From positions 64,001-128,000 of the forward strand of contig JBHLNF010000008.1 of assembly GCA_048937405.1 (NCBI GenBank): a DNA stretch of 64,000 bases, given 5' to 3'. The DNA comes from Promethearchaeota archaeon (GTDB taxonomy: Archaea > Asgardarchaeota > Lokiarchaeia > Sigyniarchaeales > SOKP01). This document shows positions 1 to 9,120 of this stretch, one piece after another. The notes under the pieces are model-generated. The model searched no databases, was not told the DNA's origin, and saw nothing but the letters and a program-made list of their open reading frames with translations. Numbering within the stretch: position 1 is the stretch's first letter; each line of letters starts with the position of its first letter. The position numbers and the translations under genes were made by a program.

Positions 1-1372
1 TGCCACCTCCATGATAGCTTCCAAAAAGATGAATCCCGCCTCTTGCTGAACAAAGTTGATCACCAACATATCTCCAAAATTGTGCCGCATTTTTTGGAGC
101 AATATTAGGATTTCTAGTAATATATTTATAGAGTTGATCCTTCAATTCAGGATTTGCAAAATCTCTTTCATAAGGAAATGTCGCAGGAATACCACCTGAA
201 AGATCAACAATAATTTCAGCTTCACGAAATACAGCCTCTCCCGACAGACATCTTCCCACATTACAATAAATTGAATTAGGAATATAGCTTCCTGGGCCAT
301 ATGGTACAAAACCTACACCAGGCATATATACTTCAGGTTTTCCTAAATCAGAAGCTGTATATCCCGCCGCATAACCAAGTTCAGTTACCATGATTATTTC
401 AGCTAATTTACTTCTAACATGGTTAGCTTTATGGATATTATTATATTCAGCAGCTAAAGCAGCAGTTCCACAAACTAAATCTCCAATAGCAGGTTTACAA
501 CCAGAATAGCTATGTCTATGAAATAAAGCAAACAATAAAGCAAGAACACCCGCATGTTGATATTCACCACAGAGAAATACCCTCTCCCATGGAACAAAAA
601 CATCCTCAAAAATTATATATGAATCAGTAGCTCCAGGTACAAATCCACGTTTGAAAATTTCTCTTTCTCTAAGGTTATGTACAGTTACTACTTGTTTTAC
701 TCCCTCATAATCACCCGGTACTGCAAATGCCACAGCGTAATCTTTATCTTCTGGTCTTAATGCTCTTGTAGGAACAACAAGAATTTCATCGGATACAGAA
801 GCTTCAGAAATATGAAGTTTGCATCCACGAACTATGATTCCATCTTGTTTTTTCTCTACAACATGAACATACATATCTGGATCTTCTTGATCTGCAGGAC
901 GTTTTATTCGATTCCCTTTAACATCAGTTTGAGCACATGCAGCCACAAGATCTTCATTTTGAAATCGTTCCAACCACTTTTTATAGTTATCGTGGTACTT
1001 AGTTTCTCCATTATTTGATTTATCTGCTTCATAACTTACATTATAAATAGCGTTAGCAGCATCACATCCCATACAACGTTGAGTACAACCTCCAACTCTT
1101 TGACATAGCTTTCTTATCATATCTTGTTTTTTATGGAGATCTTCTGTACTATGTGCAATATGTGTAAAACGATTAATGGTGTTTCCTGTTAGATGAGATT
1201 TTGCAAGTATTAAATTCGCAAATTCTGGGTCTTCAGCAACATCGAATGTTGTCCCCATAACATCAAGAGTGGCCATCTGAACTGCATCTAAGCGATCAAT
1301 CTTCTCTCCATTATAGTAAATATTCCTTTTCATTTTACCAAGGTCTTCCATCCATTGTTCTTTTGTTCTCAT
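1..1372 (-). CDS. abfD: 4-hydroxybutyryl-CoA dehydratase family protein (3' end runs off the window; not in the ORF track)
   Basis: Manual translation from ATG at 1372: MRTKEQWMEDLGKM...HLTGNTINRFTHI...GGCTQRCMGCD...AQTDVKGNR...GCKLHISEA. The CxQRC Fe-S motif and TDVKG motif are typical of AbfD/HpaB-family proteins. Confidence 0.85.
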   Translation of the reverse strand, partial: MRTKEQWMEDLGKMKRNIYYNGEKIDRLDAVQMATLDVMGTTFDVAEDPEFANLILAKSHLTGNTINRFTHIAHSTEDLHKKQDMIRKLCQRVGGCTQRCMGCDAANAIYNVSYEADKSNNGETKYHDNYKKWLERFQNEDLVAACAQTDVKGNRIKRPADQEDPDMYVHVVEKKQDGIIVRGCKLHISEASVSDEILVVPTRALRPEDKDYAVAFAVPGDYEGVKQVVTVHNLREREIFKRGFVPGATDSYIIFEDVFVPWERVFLCGEYQHAGVLALLFALFHRHSYSGCKPAIGDLVCGTAALAAEYNNIHKANHVRSKLAEIIMVTELGYAAGYTASDLGKPEVYMPGVGFVPYGPGSYIPNSIYCNVGRCLSGEAVFREAEIIVDLSGGIPATFPYERDFANPELKDQLYKYITRNPNIAPKNAAQFWRYVGDQLCSARGGIHLFGSYHGGG

Positions 1373-1693
1373 TTAAAATACCTCAAATTAAATTTAAAAT
1401 TATTTTATATTTTCAAATACTTCAAATTTATTAATTGTTTTAGTGAACTCTTCTTTTAGATGAGTTTACTTTTCTTTTAAATGAAATAAGATTTTATAAC
1501 TTATATTGCTTTTCCAAATGAAAAATAATAGAGATCCCTAATTACCATTAAATTCTCTAATTTTACTATTAAGAATGAATTTTAATTGGAGAAAAATTAA
1601 TTTATATAAATATTAAAATAGATTTAGATACATCAAAATTTAAAATATTAAATTAAATAAAGATACAGATTATTATAGAGATGTGGCACTTTT

Positions 1694-3145
1694 ATGAGTG
1701 AAAGAGAAATATCATTAAAAGAAAAAATATTATTTGGTCTCAGTGCTTTCCCAGATCAGCTCACTTATCAAGCATTTACGATTTATGTGTTTACTTTTTA
1801 TTTTGCAGTTATAGGTCTTTCAATGTTGGAAATGTGGATAGGATTTGTCCTCTGGGGTATCTGGAATATGCTTAATGACCCTCTTTTGGGTGCATTAAGT
1901 GAGAAGACGAAACAGAAAGGTAAGTTAGGAAAACGTAAATTTTATTTGATAATTTCTTTTATCCCACTCGCATTAATAATGACTTTTCTTTTTACAATAA
2001 GCGCAAGGAATCCATTAAGCACTTCAAAATTTACATTTCACTTCTGGTATTTTATGTTCATAATTTTTACTTTTGAATTCTTTTATACAATGTTTTCAGT
2101 AAATACTAATGCTGTTTTTCCAGAAATGTTTCCCACAGAAAATCAGAGAGGTGCTGTAAACCAATTTATAAAAGCATTTACTATGTTTGCAGTAATACTC
2201 GCTTCTTTAATTCCAACTATAATTGTAAGTCCTTCTTTAATTCCAACAATTGATCCATCAATTGATCCAGTAGGCTATAATTTAGAAGTTGCTAGTATTA
2301 AGGAAACTTATATTATTTCCGGTTTAATATATACTTTAATAGTATTAATCGCAGCAATATTATTCATTTTTTTAGCTGTAAAAGAAAAAGAAGAACAAAA
2401 AACTGATTATGAAAAAAGACCAGGATTTATTGATTCATTGAAAATCACATTTTCAAATCGAACATTTATTAAATTCACACTTGGAAATATGCTAATCTGG
2501 TATTGTTTTTATTTATTATTAACAATTTTTCCCCTCTACGCAGTTTATATATTAGGTAGAACTAAAGGTCATATTTTAATTGGAGTTACATTAATGCTAG
2601 CATTATTATCAGCTGCAGCTCTTATGCCTGTTCAAGCAAGGATTAGAAAAAAATATGGTACTCGTAAAGGATTAATGATTGGCTTAGGAATATGGATAAT
2701 TACGCTATTTCCTTTATTTCTTTTATCAAATAACGATATAAGCAGAATATTATCATTTCTTGTTTTTATTTCAATAGGATTTGGATTATCGTCTGCATTG
2801 TTTTTCATTGATATAATTCATGGTGATGTAATTGATCAAGATGCTCTTAAGTTTGGTGTAAGAAGAGCCTCGAGTTACTATGGTGTAAATGCTTTTATAC
2901 ATAGATTTTCAATGATACTTGGAATAACAACTATTTATTTCATATTCTCTGGAACAGGATGGAGTACATATGTACCCGTTGTTGATGATCCTGTTTTAAG
3001 AGATATTGGTATAAAATCATTAATGTTTATATTTCCTTCTTTAGCACTTATAGGTTCAATTCTCTTCTTTAAATTTTATGATTTACACGGTGAAAAACTC
3101 GAAAAAATGAGAAAGGAATTGCAAAAATATCCAGAATTAAAATAA
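1694..3145 (+). CDS. MFS glycoside-pentoside-hexuronide (MelB/GPH-like) transporter
   Basis: About 12 hydrophobic segments; WNMLNDPLLGALSE and GKLGKRK motifs; DVIDQD...RRASSYYG in the C-terminal half. Confidence 0.85.
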   Translation: MSEREISLKEKILFGLSAFPDQLTYQAFTIYVFTFYFAVIGLSMLEMWIGFVLWGIWNMLNDPLLGALSEKTKQKGKLGKRKFYLIISFIPLALIMTFLFTISARNPLSTSKFTFHFWYFMFIIFTFEFFYTMFSVNTNAVFPEMFPTENQRGAVNQFIKAFTMFAVILASLIPTIIVSPSLIPTIDPSIDPVGYNLEVASIKETYIISGLIYTLIVLIAAILFIFLAVKEKEEQKTDYEKRPGFIDSLKITFSNRTFIKFTLGNMLIWYCFYLLLTIFPLYAVYILGRTKGHILIGVTLMLALLSAAALMPVQARIRKKYGTRKGLMIGLGIWIITLFPLFLLSNNDISRILSFLVFISIGFGLSSALFFIDIIHGDVIDQDALKFGVRRASSYYGVNAFIHRFSMILGITTIYFIFSGTGWSTYVPVVDDPVLRDIGIKSLMFIFPSLALIGSILFFKFYDLHGEKLEKMRKELQKYPELK

Positions 3146-3166
3146 TTATTAGAAATATTTAATTAT

Positions 3167-3934
3167 TTACTTAACAGGATTAGTATGAGAACAAGGAAGT
3201 CCACAAGCACATTTCCCACATATATCCGCTATACCTAAATGAGAATAAATTTGGCTATTTTCTAAACAAATATTATAACATTTTTTTCTATCAAATGATT
3301 TGAAATCTAAAATGTCATAAATGCAATTTTCAATACACTTTGTACATGATTTATTATGAAAATATAAGCAATATTCTTGTTTTGAGCGTTTTGTTGGCTC
3401 GATTTCTGCGGATGTGATTAGGCTACCTAATCTACCACAACATCCTTTTTCAGTTATTAACATTTTATGCAAACCAAATTTACCTAAACCAGCAATATAG
3501 GCTATATGTTTTTGGGACCAGGAAGAAATTAACTTTCTTTCATCGAAATTAAGTTCATCTGGAATTTTTACAGAATCAAAAGTTTTTTTCTTTAATTCGC
3601 TTCTTAGAAAAGTATTAATTTTTAGAATTAGTTTATTAGTTTCAACATAAGCAATTGCCCATTCTTGAGATGCAATTTTTCCTTTAGTATTGCTCAAAAT
3701 AATTTTTTCTTTAAATGGTATAAAATATGAAATAACAGTTTTGGCTGTACTTAATAATTCATTCGGCAATTTATGGCTTTTATCTATTTTTTTTTTTAAT
3801 TCAAAAAATATTGGATCTGTTGCATATGCAAAACCTATTATTGGATCATCCCACTCAGTTCTACAATTTGAGGAATTTTTATAATTCTTAATAAAATTTC
3901 TGATCAAGTTTTCTATATCCACTTGCAAACTCAT
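3167..3934 (-). CDS. Epoxyqueuosine reductase (QueG)-like Fe-S protein
   Basis: WSQKHIAYIAGLGKFG, GCCGRLGSLIT, CTKCIENC and CGKCACGLPC motifs. Confidence 0.75.
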   Translation of the reverse strand: MSLQVDIENLIRNFIKNYKNSSNCRTEWDDPIIGFAYATDPIFFELKKKIDKSHKLPNELLSTAKTVISYFIPFKEKIILSNTKGKIASQEWAIAYVETNKLILKINTFLRSELKKKTFDSVKIPDELNFDERKLISSWSQKHIAYIAGLGKFGLHKMLITEKGCCGRLGSLITSAEIEPTKRSKQEYCLYFHNKSCTKCIENCIYDILDFKSFDRKKCYNICLENSQIYSHLGIADICGKCACGLPCSHTNPVK

Positions 3935-4060
3935 AGTTCTAATTTTTAATATTTTAAAATGAATATCATTACATTAAATCTAAAATTAGTAATTGAAATG
4001 CTTTTTAAAATTTAAAATATAATATTTAATTAAAAAAATATGATGAGGTTTTAAAGAATA

Positions 4061-4294
4061 ATGGCGACATGTTTTGTTTTGATTAATATTCAAGCAGGAT
4101 TTGTAGAATCCGTAACTCACAATATTGATAAAATAGAAGAAGTAGTAGAATATTATACTGTTACAGGAGGTGTTGATATGATTGTCAAAGTAGAAGGTCC
4201 TGACGTAGAAACAATTGCAAAGACAATTTTAGCTAAAATTCATAGTATTGAAGGAATTTCACGAACTCAAACTCACATTGTTGTTCCTTTATAG
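4061..4294 (+). CDS. Stand-alone Lrp/AsnC ligand-binding (RAM) domain protein
   Basis: 77 aa with VTGGVDMIVKV and IEGISRTQT; no HTH domain. Confidence 0.85.
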   Translation: MATCFVLINIQAGFVESVTHNIDKIEEVVEYYTVTGGVDMIVKVEGPDVETIAKTILAKIHSIEGISRTQTHIVVPL

Positions 4295-4620
4295 TAAATA
4301 ATTAGATCCAATTTTTTTCTCATAATATTAAATATAATAATGATAAATATTAAGATTTAAATCAATTTTTTATAAATTTATATTTTATTTATTGGATTAA
4401 TAAATTGATTAACCTATTAAACTATAAGATTTTTTTTTCTATCTTTTTTAAATATAGATATTATTTTATACAATAATTTCTGTCTTTTAATTATCAAAAA
4501 TATTAAGGATTATCTATTGTATATATTTCAGAGAAAAAACTAATAAAAAGTAAAATTTTTTATTAAAATAATTGATCTTTAGAAATAAATAAAAATTCTT
4601 AAAAAAGTATAGATGAACTC

Positions 4621-5172
4621 ATGAGTGGAAAAGGAGATAAGTTCACATTTAAAGTTACAGTTATAGGAGATGGAGAAGTTGGGAAAACTTCTTTAATTAG
4701 GAAGTTTACAAAGGGTAATTTTCAAGACCAATATATTCAAACTATTGGTGCTCAATTCTCTAAACATATTGAAGAGATAAACGAGGATAGGTGTAAGTTG
4801 TTTTTCTGGGATATTGCAGGGCAAGATTCTTTCCATTTCTTAAGACCCGCATTTTATAAGGCAAGTGTAGCAGCAATAATTGTATTTTCTCTTGAAGAAA
4901 ATGATTTTGGAAAGGGGAGTTTTGAGCATGTAACTAATTGGCAAAAAGAAATAACAAAATTCTGTGGCGATATTCCAATTGTGTTATTTGGTAATAAGGT
5001 TGATTTAGTTGATGAAAAAAAATTAAATGACGACCACGTTTTGAAATTAACTGAAAAAAATAAAATGCTAGGATATTATCGAACTTCCGCAAAGACAGGG
5101 CAAGGTGTTCATGAAGCTTTCCATGCAATTATTAATGAGCTACATTCTCAATTTATAACTGAATCAAGTTAA
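4621..5172 (+). CDS. Rab-like small GTPase
   Basis: G1 GDGEVGKTS, G2 TIG, G3 WDIAGQ, G4 NKVD, G5 TSAK; no C-terminal prenylation Cys. Confidence 0.93.
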   Translation: MSGKGDKFTFKVTVIGDGEVGKTSLIRKFTKGNFQDQYIQTIGAQFSKHIEEINEDRCKLFFWDIAGQDSFHFLRPAFYKASVAAIIVFSLEENDFGKGSFEHVTNWQKEITKFCGDIPIVLFGNKVDLVDEKKLNDDHVLKLTEKNKMLGYYRTSAKTGQGVHEAFHAIINELHSQFITESS

Positions 5173-5252
5173 CTGTTCAAAAAATTTTAACACTTTAAAA
5201 GCTTGTAAAATTAGAGAAACCTTTTAAATTAGAAAAATAAAAAAATTTATTC

Positions 5253-5828
5253 TTAGAATATTTTGTATATTATTTCATCTAAAGATTTCTTAGGAACATG
5301 CATCCCTCCCATATTATCTTTCCAGTAGTCAAATGTTCCTTTATATGGTTCTATAACTGAGTTTTCGTCTGGATATCCCATACTTATTACATGAATGATT
5401 TCATAATTATCAGGAATTTTAAATAATTCTCTGATCTTTTCTCTATCGATTGATGCCATCCAACAACAACCTAAACCAAAGTTAACTGCCCCTAATAATA
5501 TATTTTCAACAGCTGCACCTACATCAAACTGAAAATAAGAAGGCTTTATTTTGGTATTGTTTAAAACAACAAAATAAACAGTAGGTTCTCTTCCTTTTTC
5601 TGGTGTCCTTTGATCTTCTGGTAGGGAAGATGCCCACTTTACTAATGGAAATAACTTTTCCCTGACATCAGGATTCTGGATAATTATAAATTCAAGTCCT
5701 TGAATATTTCTCGCCATAGGAGCAATACGAGCATAATCAATCAACTTTTTTAAGATATCTATGGATACTTGTTCTTGTTTAAATCTTCTAATAGTTCTCC
5801 TTTGGCGAATCACTTCTTCAAATTCCAT
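5253..5828 (-). CDS. Nitroreductase family protein
   Basis: RRTIRRF, APMARNIQ, DVGAAVENILLGAVNFGLGCCW and MGYP motifs. Confidence 0.9.
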   Translation of the reverse strand: MEFEEVIRQRRTIRRFKQEQVSIDILKKLIDYARIAPMARNIQGLEFIIIQNPDVREKLFPLVKWASSLPEDQRTPEKGREPTVYFVVLNNTKIKPSYFQFDVGAAVENILLGAVNFGLGCCWMASIDREKIRELFKIPDNYEIIHVISMGYPDENSVIEPYKGTFDYWKDNMGGMHVPKKSLDEIIYKIF

Positions 5829-5849
5829 TTAAAATACTTTTTAATATTC

Positions 5850-6896
5850 CTATTTTTTAGATACAAGTAAAGCTTTTGCTAATTTATTAAAACTTTCTTC
5901 CACATTTTTACCTGTTAAAGCAGATGTTTCTATATATTCTAAATTTAAATCCATTGCGGTCTTTTCCGCATTTTCCATTAAAATTTTTCTTTCATTAATC
6001 AGATCTTCTTTATTGCCTAATATAAATCCTATTATATCTTCTTTCTCTATCTTTATATTTTTAAGTATATCATTATACCAATTAGAAATGCTTTCAAATG
6101 ATTTTGTATTTGTTAAATCAAAGATTAGAATTACACCCTCTAAACCCTTATAAAAATGACGCCGCATGAGTTCAAATTTTGTCTGACCAGCAATATCCCA
6201 TAGAATTAAATTCACAAAATCATCATCTATTTTTATAATCTTTTCTGAAATTGAAACGCCAAGTGTAGGAATGTAGGTACGCATGAAAGCATGATCGGTA
6301 AATCTTAGAATTGTACTTGTCTTTCCTACACCAGGATCTCCACATACTACTATTTTAAAATGATATCCATATGCTCTTACTTTTGTTTTATCTTCTTCAG
6401 GAAATGCTTTAGCTTCAGAACTTAGCTTCTCTTTATTAGATAAATCATCTAGGATTTCTACTACTTTTTTTTTCAATTTACCAATTTCCGTAAAAATATC
6501 GTCTGATTTCGCATGTTTATTTTCTAATTCTATTATCTTTTGAGCACTTTCATCAAATGCAGATTTAAGATAATCGAGATATTTATAGAAGATTAGATCA
6601 TCTGATTCTTTAAAGAGTAATGTAAGTGATGTCAAAGCAACTCCCCCTCGTTTTGTTTCATCTGGTCGTTCAATATATTTAGTTATTCCTTTCAAATTTA
6701 ACATAGGGAAAGGGATAATCACTAAACTTTGAGGAACAGCACCACGGTCAGTTGAGAGCATGGTAACTGATTTAATTCCTACTGACATACGAATATCATC
6801 AGATAAATCAATTGGATCCCATAAGAATGGTTTTGGGCCAATATCCTCGTCTAATACTGTGTATACGATTGCATTAATAATTTCTTTTGACATCAT
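5850..6896 (-). CDS. Longin/uDENN-like domain fused to a Rab-like GTPase
   Basis: C-terminal GDPGVGKTS/WDIAGQ/NKED/ETSA; N-terminal domain with LDEDIGPKP and DETKRG. Confidence 0.85.
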   Translation of the reverse strand: MMSKEIINAIVYTVLDEDIGPKPFLWDPIDLSDDIRMSVGIKSVTMLSTDRGAVPQSLVIIPFPMLNLKGITKYIERPDETKRGGVALTSLTLLFKESDDLIFYKYLDYLKSAFDESAQKIIELENKHAKSDDIFTEIGKLKKKVVEILDDLSNKEKLSSEAKAFPEEDKTKVRAYGYHFKIVVCGDPGVGKTSTILRFTDHAFMRTYIPTLGVSISEKIIKIDDDFVNLILWDIAGQTKFELMRRHFYKGLEGVILIFDLTNTKSFESISNWYNDILKNIKIEKEDIIGFILGNKEDLINERKILMENAEKTAMDLNLEYIETSALTGKNVEESFNKLAKALLVSKK

Positions 6897-7333
6897 TAAG
6901 CTCAGAAAATAAAATAAAAAACAAATCTATGTTTAGTGTATTCTCTCTTGATAGATTAAAAAACTTAAAATTAATAAAAATTTGTAAAAACAAAATAATT
7001 CATTACCATGATTTGAATATCGTGAAACTTACCTTTCACGTTAAATTCTATATATCAGCATAATATTTTACTTTGATATCTTTAAATATTATAAACGTTT
7101 GCTAAACATTCTTACTTTTTATGAAGAAAGTCTTACTTTTTTTTTTTATTTATTGATAAAAACGCTTCTATCTCATCAATTAACAAATTTTATAGACGTT
7201 GATTTCAGAAGGCTTAATAACCTCTTCAAAAATTAGAGGATTAGTTGTAAACAATTAAAATTGAATATAAAAAAAAAATTTAATAATAAATCTAATTAAA
7301 AGTAATCAATTATAAATTGATTATTTCTACAAT

Positions 7334-8377
7334 TTAACTATATGATTTGTATAAATGATTTGCGATTGTTGAAAACGCATAATTAACATTTTCTCCCAAG
7401 AGTGCTGAAGTCTCAACAAATTTCAGACTTAATTGATCTGCTAATTGAGTCGCCATTTCGGAAGTTACTTTCCTCTGTTCCGTTAAATCTCTTTTATTAC
7501 CAATAATAAATCCTTTTAAATCAACGGCTCTATCTTTTAGCTGTTCCATTACATCAGAATACCACTTAGGTATATTAGTGAAGGATTCAATTCGGGTTAA
7601 ATCAAAAACGAAAAATACTGCATCAGAACCTTTGTAAAAATGCTGTCTCATAGTTTGAAATTTTTGCTGACCGCCAATATCCCATAATGTCAACTGTATG
7701 ATAGAATCATCGATTTTAAAAACTTTGTCTGAAACCATAACACCAAGCGTGGGTACGTAATTTCTCCGGAATGCATTATTTGTATATCTTAATATTAATG
7801 ATGTCTTTCCAACACTAGGATCACCAACAATTATTATTTTAAATTGATAATCTATTAAATTTCGATCTTTAATTTTTAGTGCTGGAAATTCTTCTTTATC
7901 TTGCTGTGAAATCTCTTGTAGTTTTAATTCTTCTAAAAGACTCGATATATTAAATTCTAAATTCTCTAATATTTTTATGAAATCCTCCCTAGAACTCTCA
8001 GATTTTTCTAAATTTATAATATTAGGGACATTATTATTAAAAGGAACAGACAGCTCTTTAATATATTTGTAAAAAATTACATCGTCTACTTCCTGAAATA
8101 GTAATATTATTGCCGATTGACCAATTTCTCCACGTCTAGAAGGATCATGCCATTTTATAAATTTGACTAATCCTTTTAAATTCAATGAAGGAAAGGGTAG
8201 TATTACTAACGACTCGGGAATTTGCCCTTCCTCACCTGTTAAAATAGTTAAAGTTTTGATACTTATATGAATGAGGTTAATTTGAGAAAATTTAGCACCA
8301 CACCAAGCTACGGGATTTGGTCCCAATTCATCATTCATCTCTACATAGATTATGCCTGATATTAATTGTTGCGTCAT
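7334..8377 (-). CDS. Longin/uDENN-like domain fused to a Rab-like GTPase (paralogue of 5850..6896)
   Basis: GDPSVGKTS/WDIGGQ/NKRD/ETSA; N-terminal MNDELGPNP and DPSRRG; colinear with the neighbouring gene. Confidence 0.85.
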   Translation of the reverse strand: MTQQLISGIIYVEMNDELGPNPVAWCGAKFSQINLIHISIKTLTILTGEEGQIPESLVILPFPSLNLKGLVKFIKWHDPSRRGEIGQSAIILLFQEVDDVIFYKYIKELSVPFNNNVPNIINLEKSESSREDFIKILENLEFNISSLLEELKLQEISQQDKEEFPALKIKDRNLIDYQFKIIIVGDPSVGKTSLILRYTNNAFRRNYVPTLGVMVSDKVFKIDDSIIQLTLWDIGGQQKFQTMRQHFYKGSDAVFFVFDLTRIESFTNIPKWYSDVMEQLKDRAVDLKGFIIGNKRDLTEQRKVTSEMATQLADQLSLKFVETSALLGENVNYAFSTIANHLYKSYS

Positions 8378-8750
8378 AATTTTTATATATTGAAATTGAA
8401 AATGTGATTATTAAAAAATGGTCTGTGAATGATTCACTTCTAACTTATAATATAAATATTCCATTTTAATGATATCCATTTGAGAAAAATTTTATACAAT
8501 TTTACTTTGATTTAAAAAATTATGAATTCAGTAAAATCTTATTTCATTAAATTTTATCTTTAATTTTATCATTCCTTTATTTATTGTTAAAATTTATATT
8601 CAATAATTCTTCTAAAGATTTTAAATCTCATTTTATTTAATAAAATTTTTAATTTTGACTAATACATTATTATCGAGAAAGAGTTTTCAATTTCAAGTTG
8701 AAATTTATAAATTGTTTATCAAAATTTAAAATATATTCCCATAAATGAAA

Positions 8751-9026
8751 TTAATCTTTAACATTTTCTAAGATAGAGATGATTCTATAAACGGTAGTTC
8801 TTGCGTGAAATGGAATATTCGCATCTTGGGCAAGATCATCAACCATATACATAACATTACTAGCTCGAACACCAGGAGTGTCTTCTTCATTATTTAATTC
8901 ATTAATACTTCTTTGTGCAACCCTTTTAATATTTCGGGGTACACTACGGTCATTTATCATACCATTCAAAAGATATTCAACATTTTCAAAGGCTTTTTTT
9001 TCTTCTTCAGTTATTGCCCTTGGCAT
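8751..9026 (-). CDS. UPF0147 family protein
   Basis: DRSVPRNIKR...GVRAS...DANIPFHART pattern of this archaeal family. Confidence 0.85.
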   Translation of the reverse strand: MPRAITEEEKKAFENVEYLLNGMINDRSVPRNIKRVAQRSINELNNEEDTPGVRASNVMYMVDDLAQDANIPFHARTTVYRIISILENVKD

Positions 9027-9120
9027 TAAAGGATCACCAAAAAGAGTATATTCGATGGATAAATTGTTTAAAATGGAGAATTTTTTTTAAAATATAATTT
9101 TTTTGATTTTAAGAGAATAC

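Noticed and set aside
812-1018. Short ORF-track entries that overlap longer genes on the opposite strand or in another frame (e.g. 812, 3690, 9305, 14231, 26420, 48246, 56221, 57966)
   Set aside because: They are shadows of well-supported genes and have no recognisable motifs.
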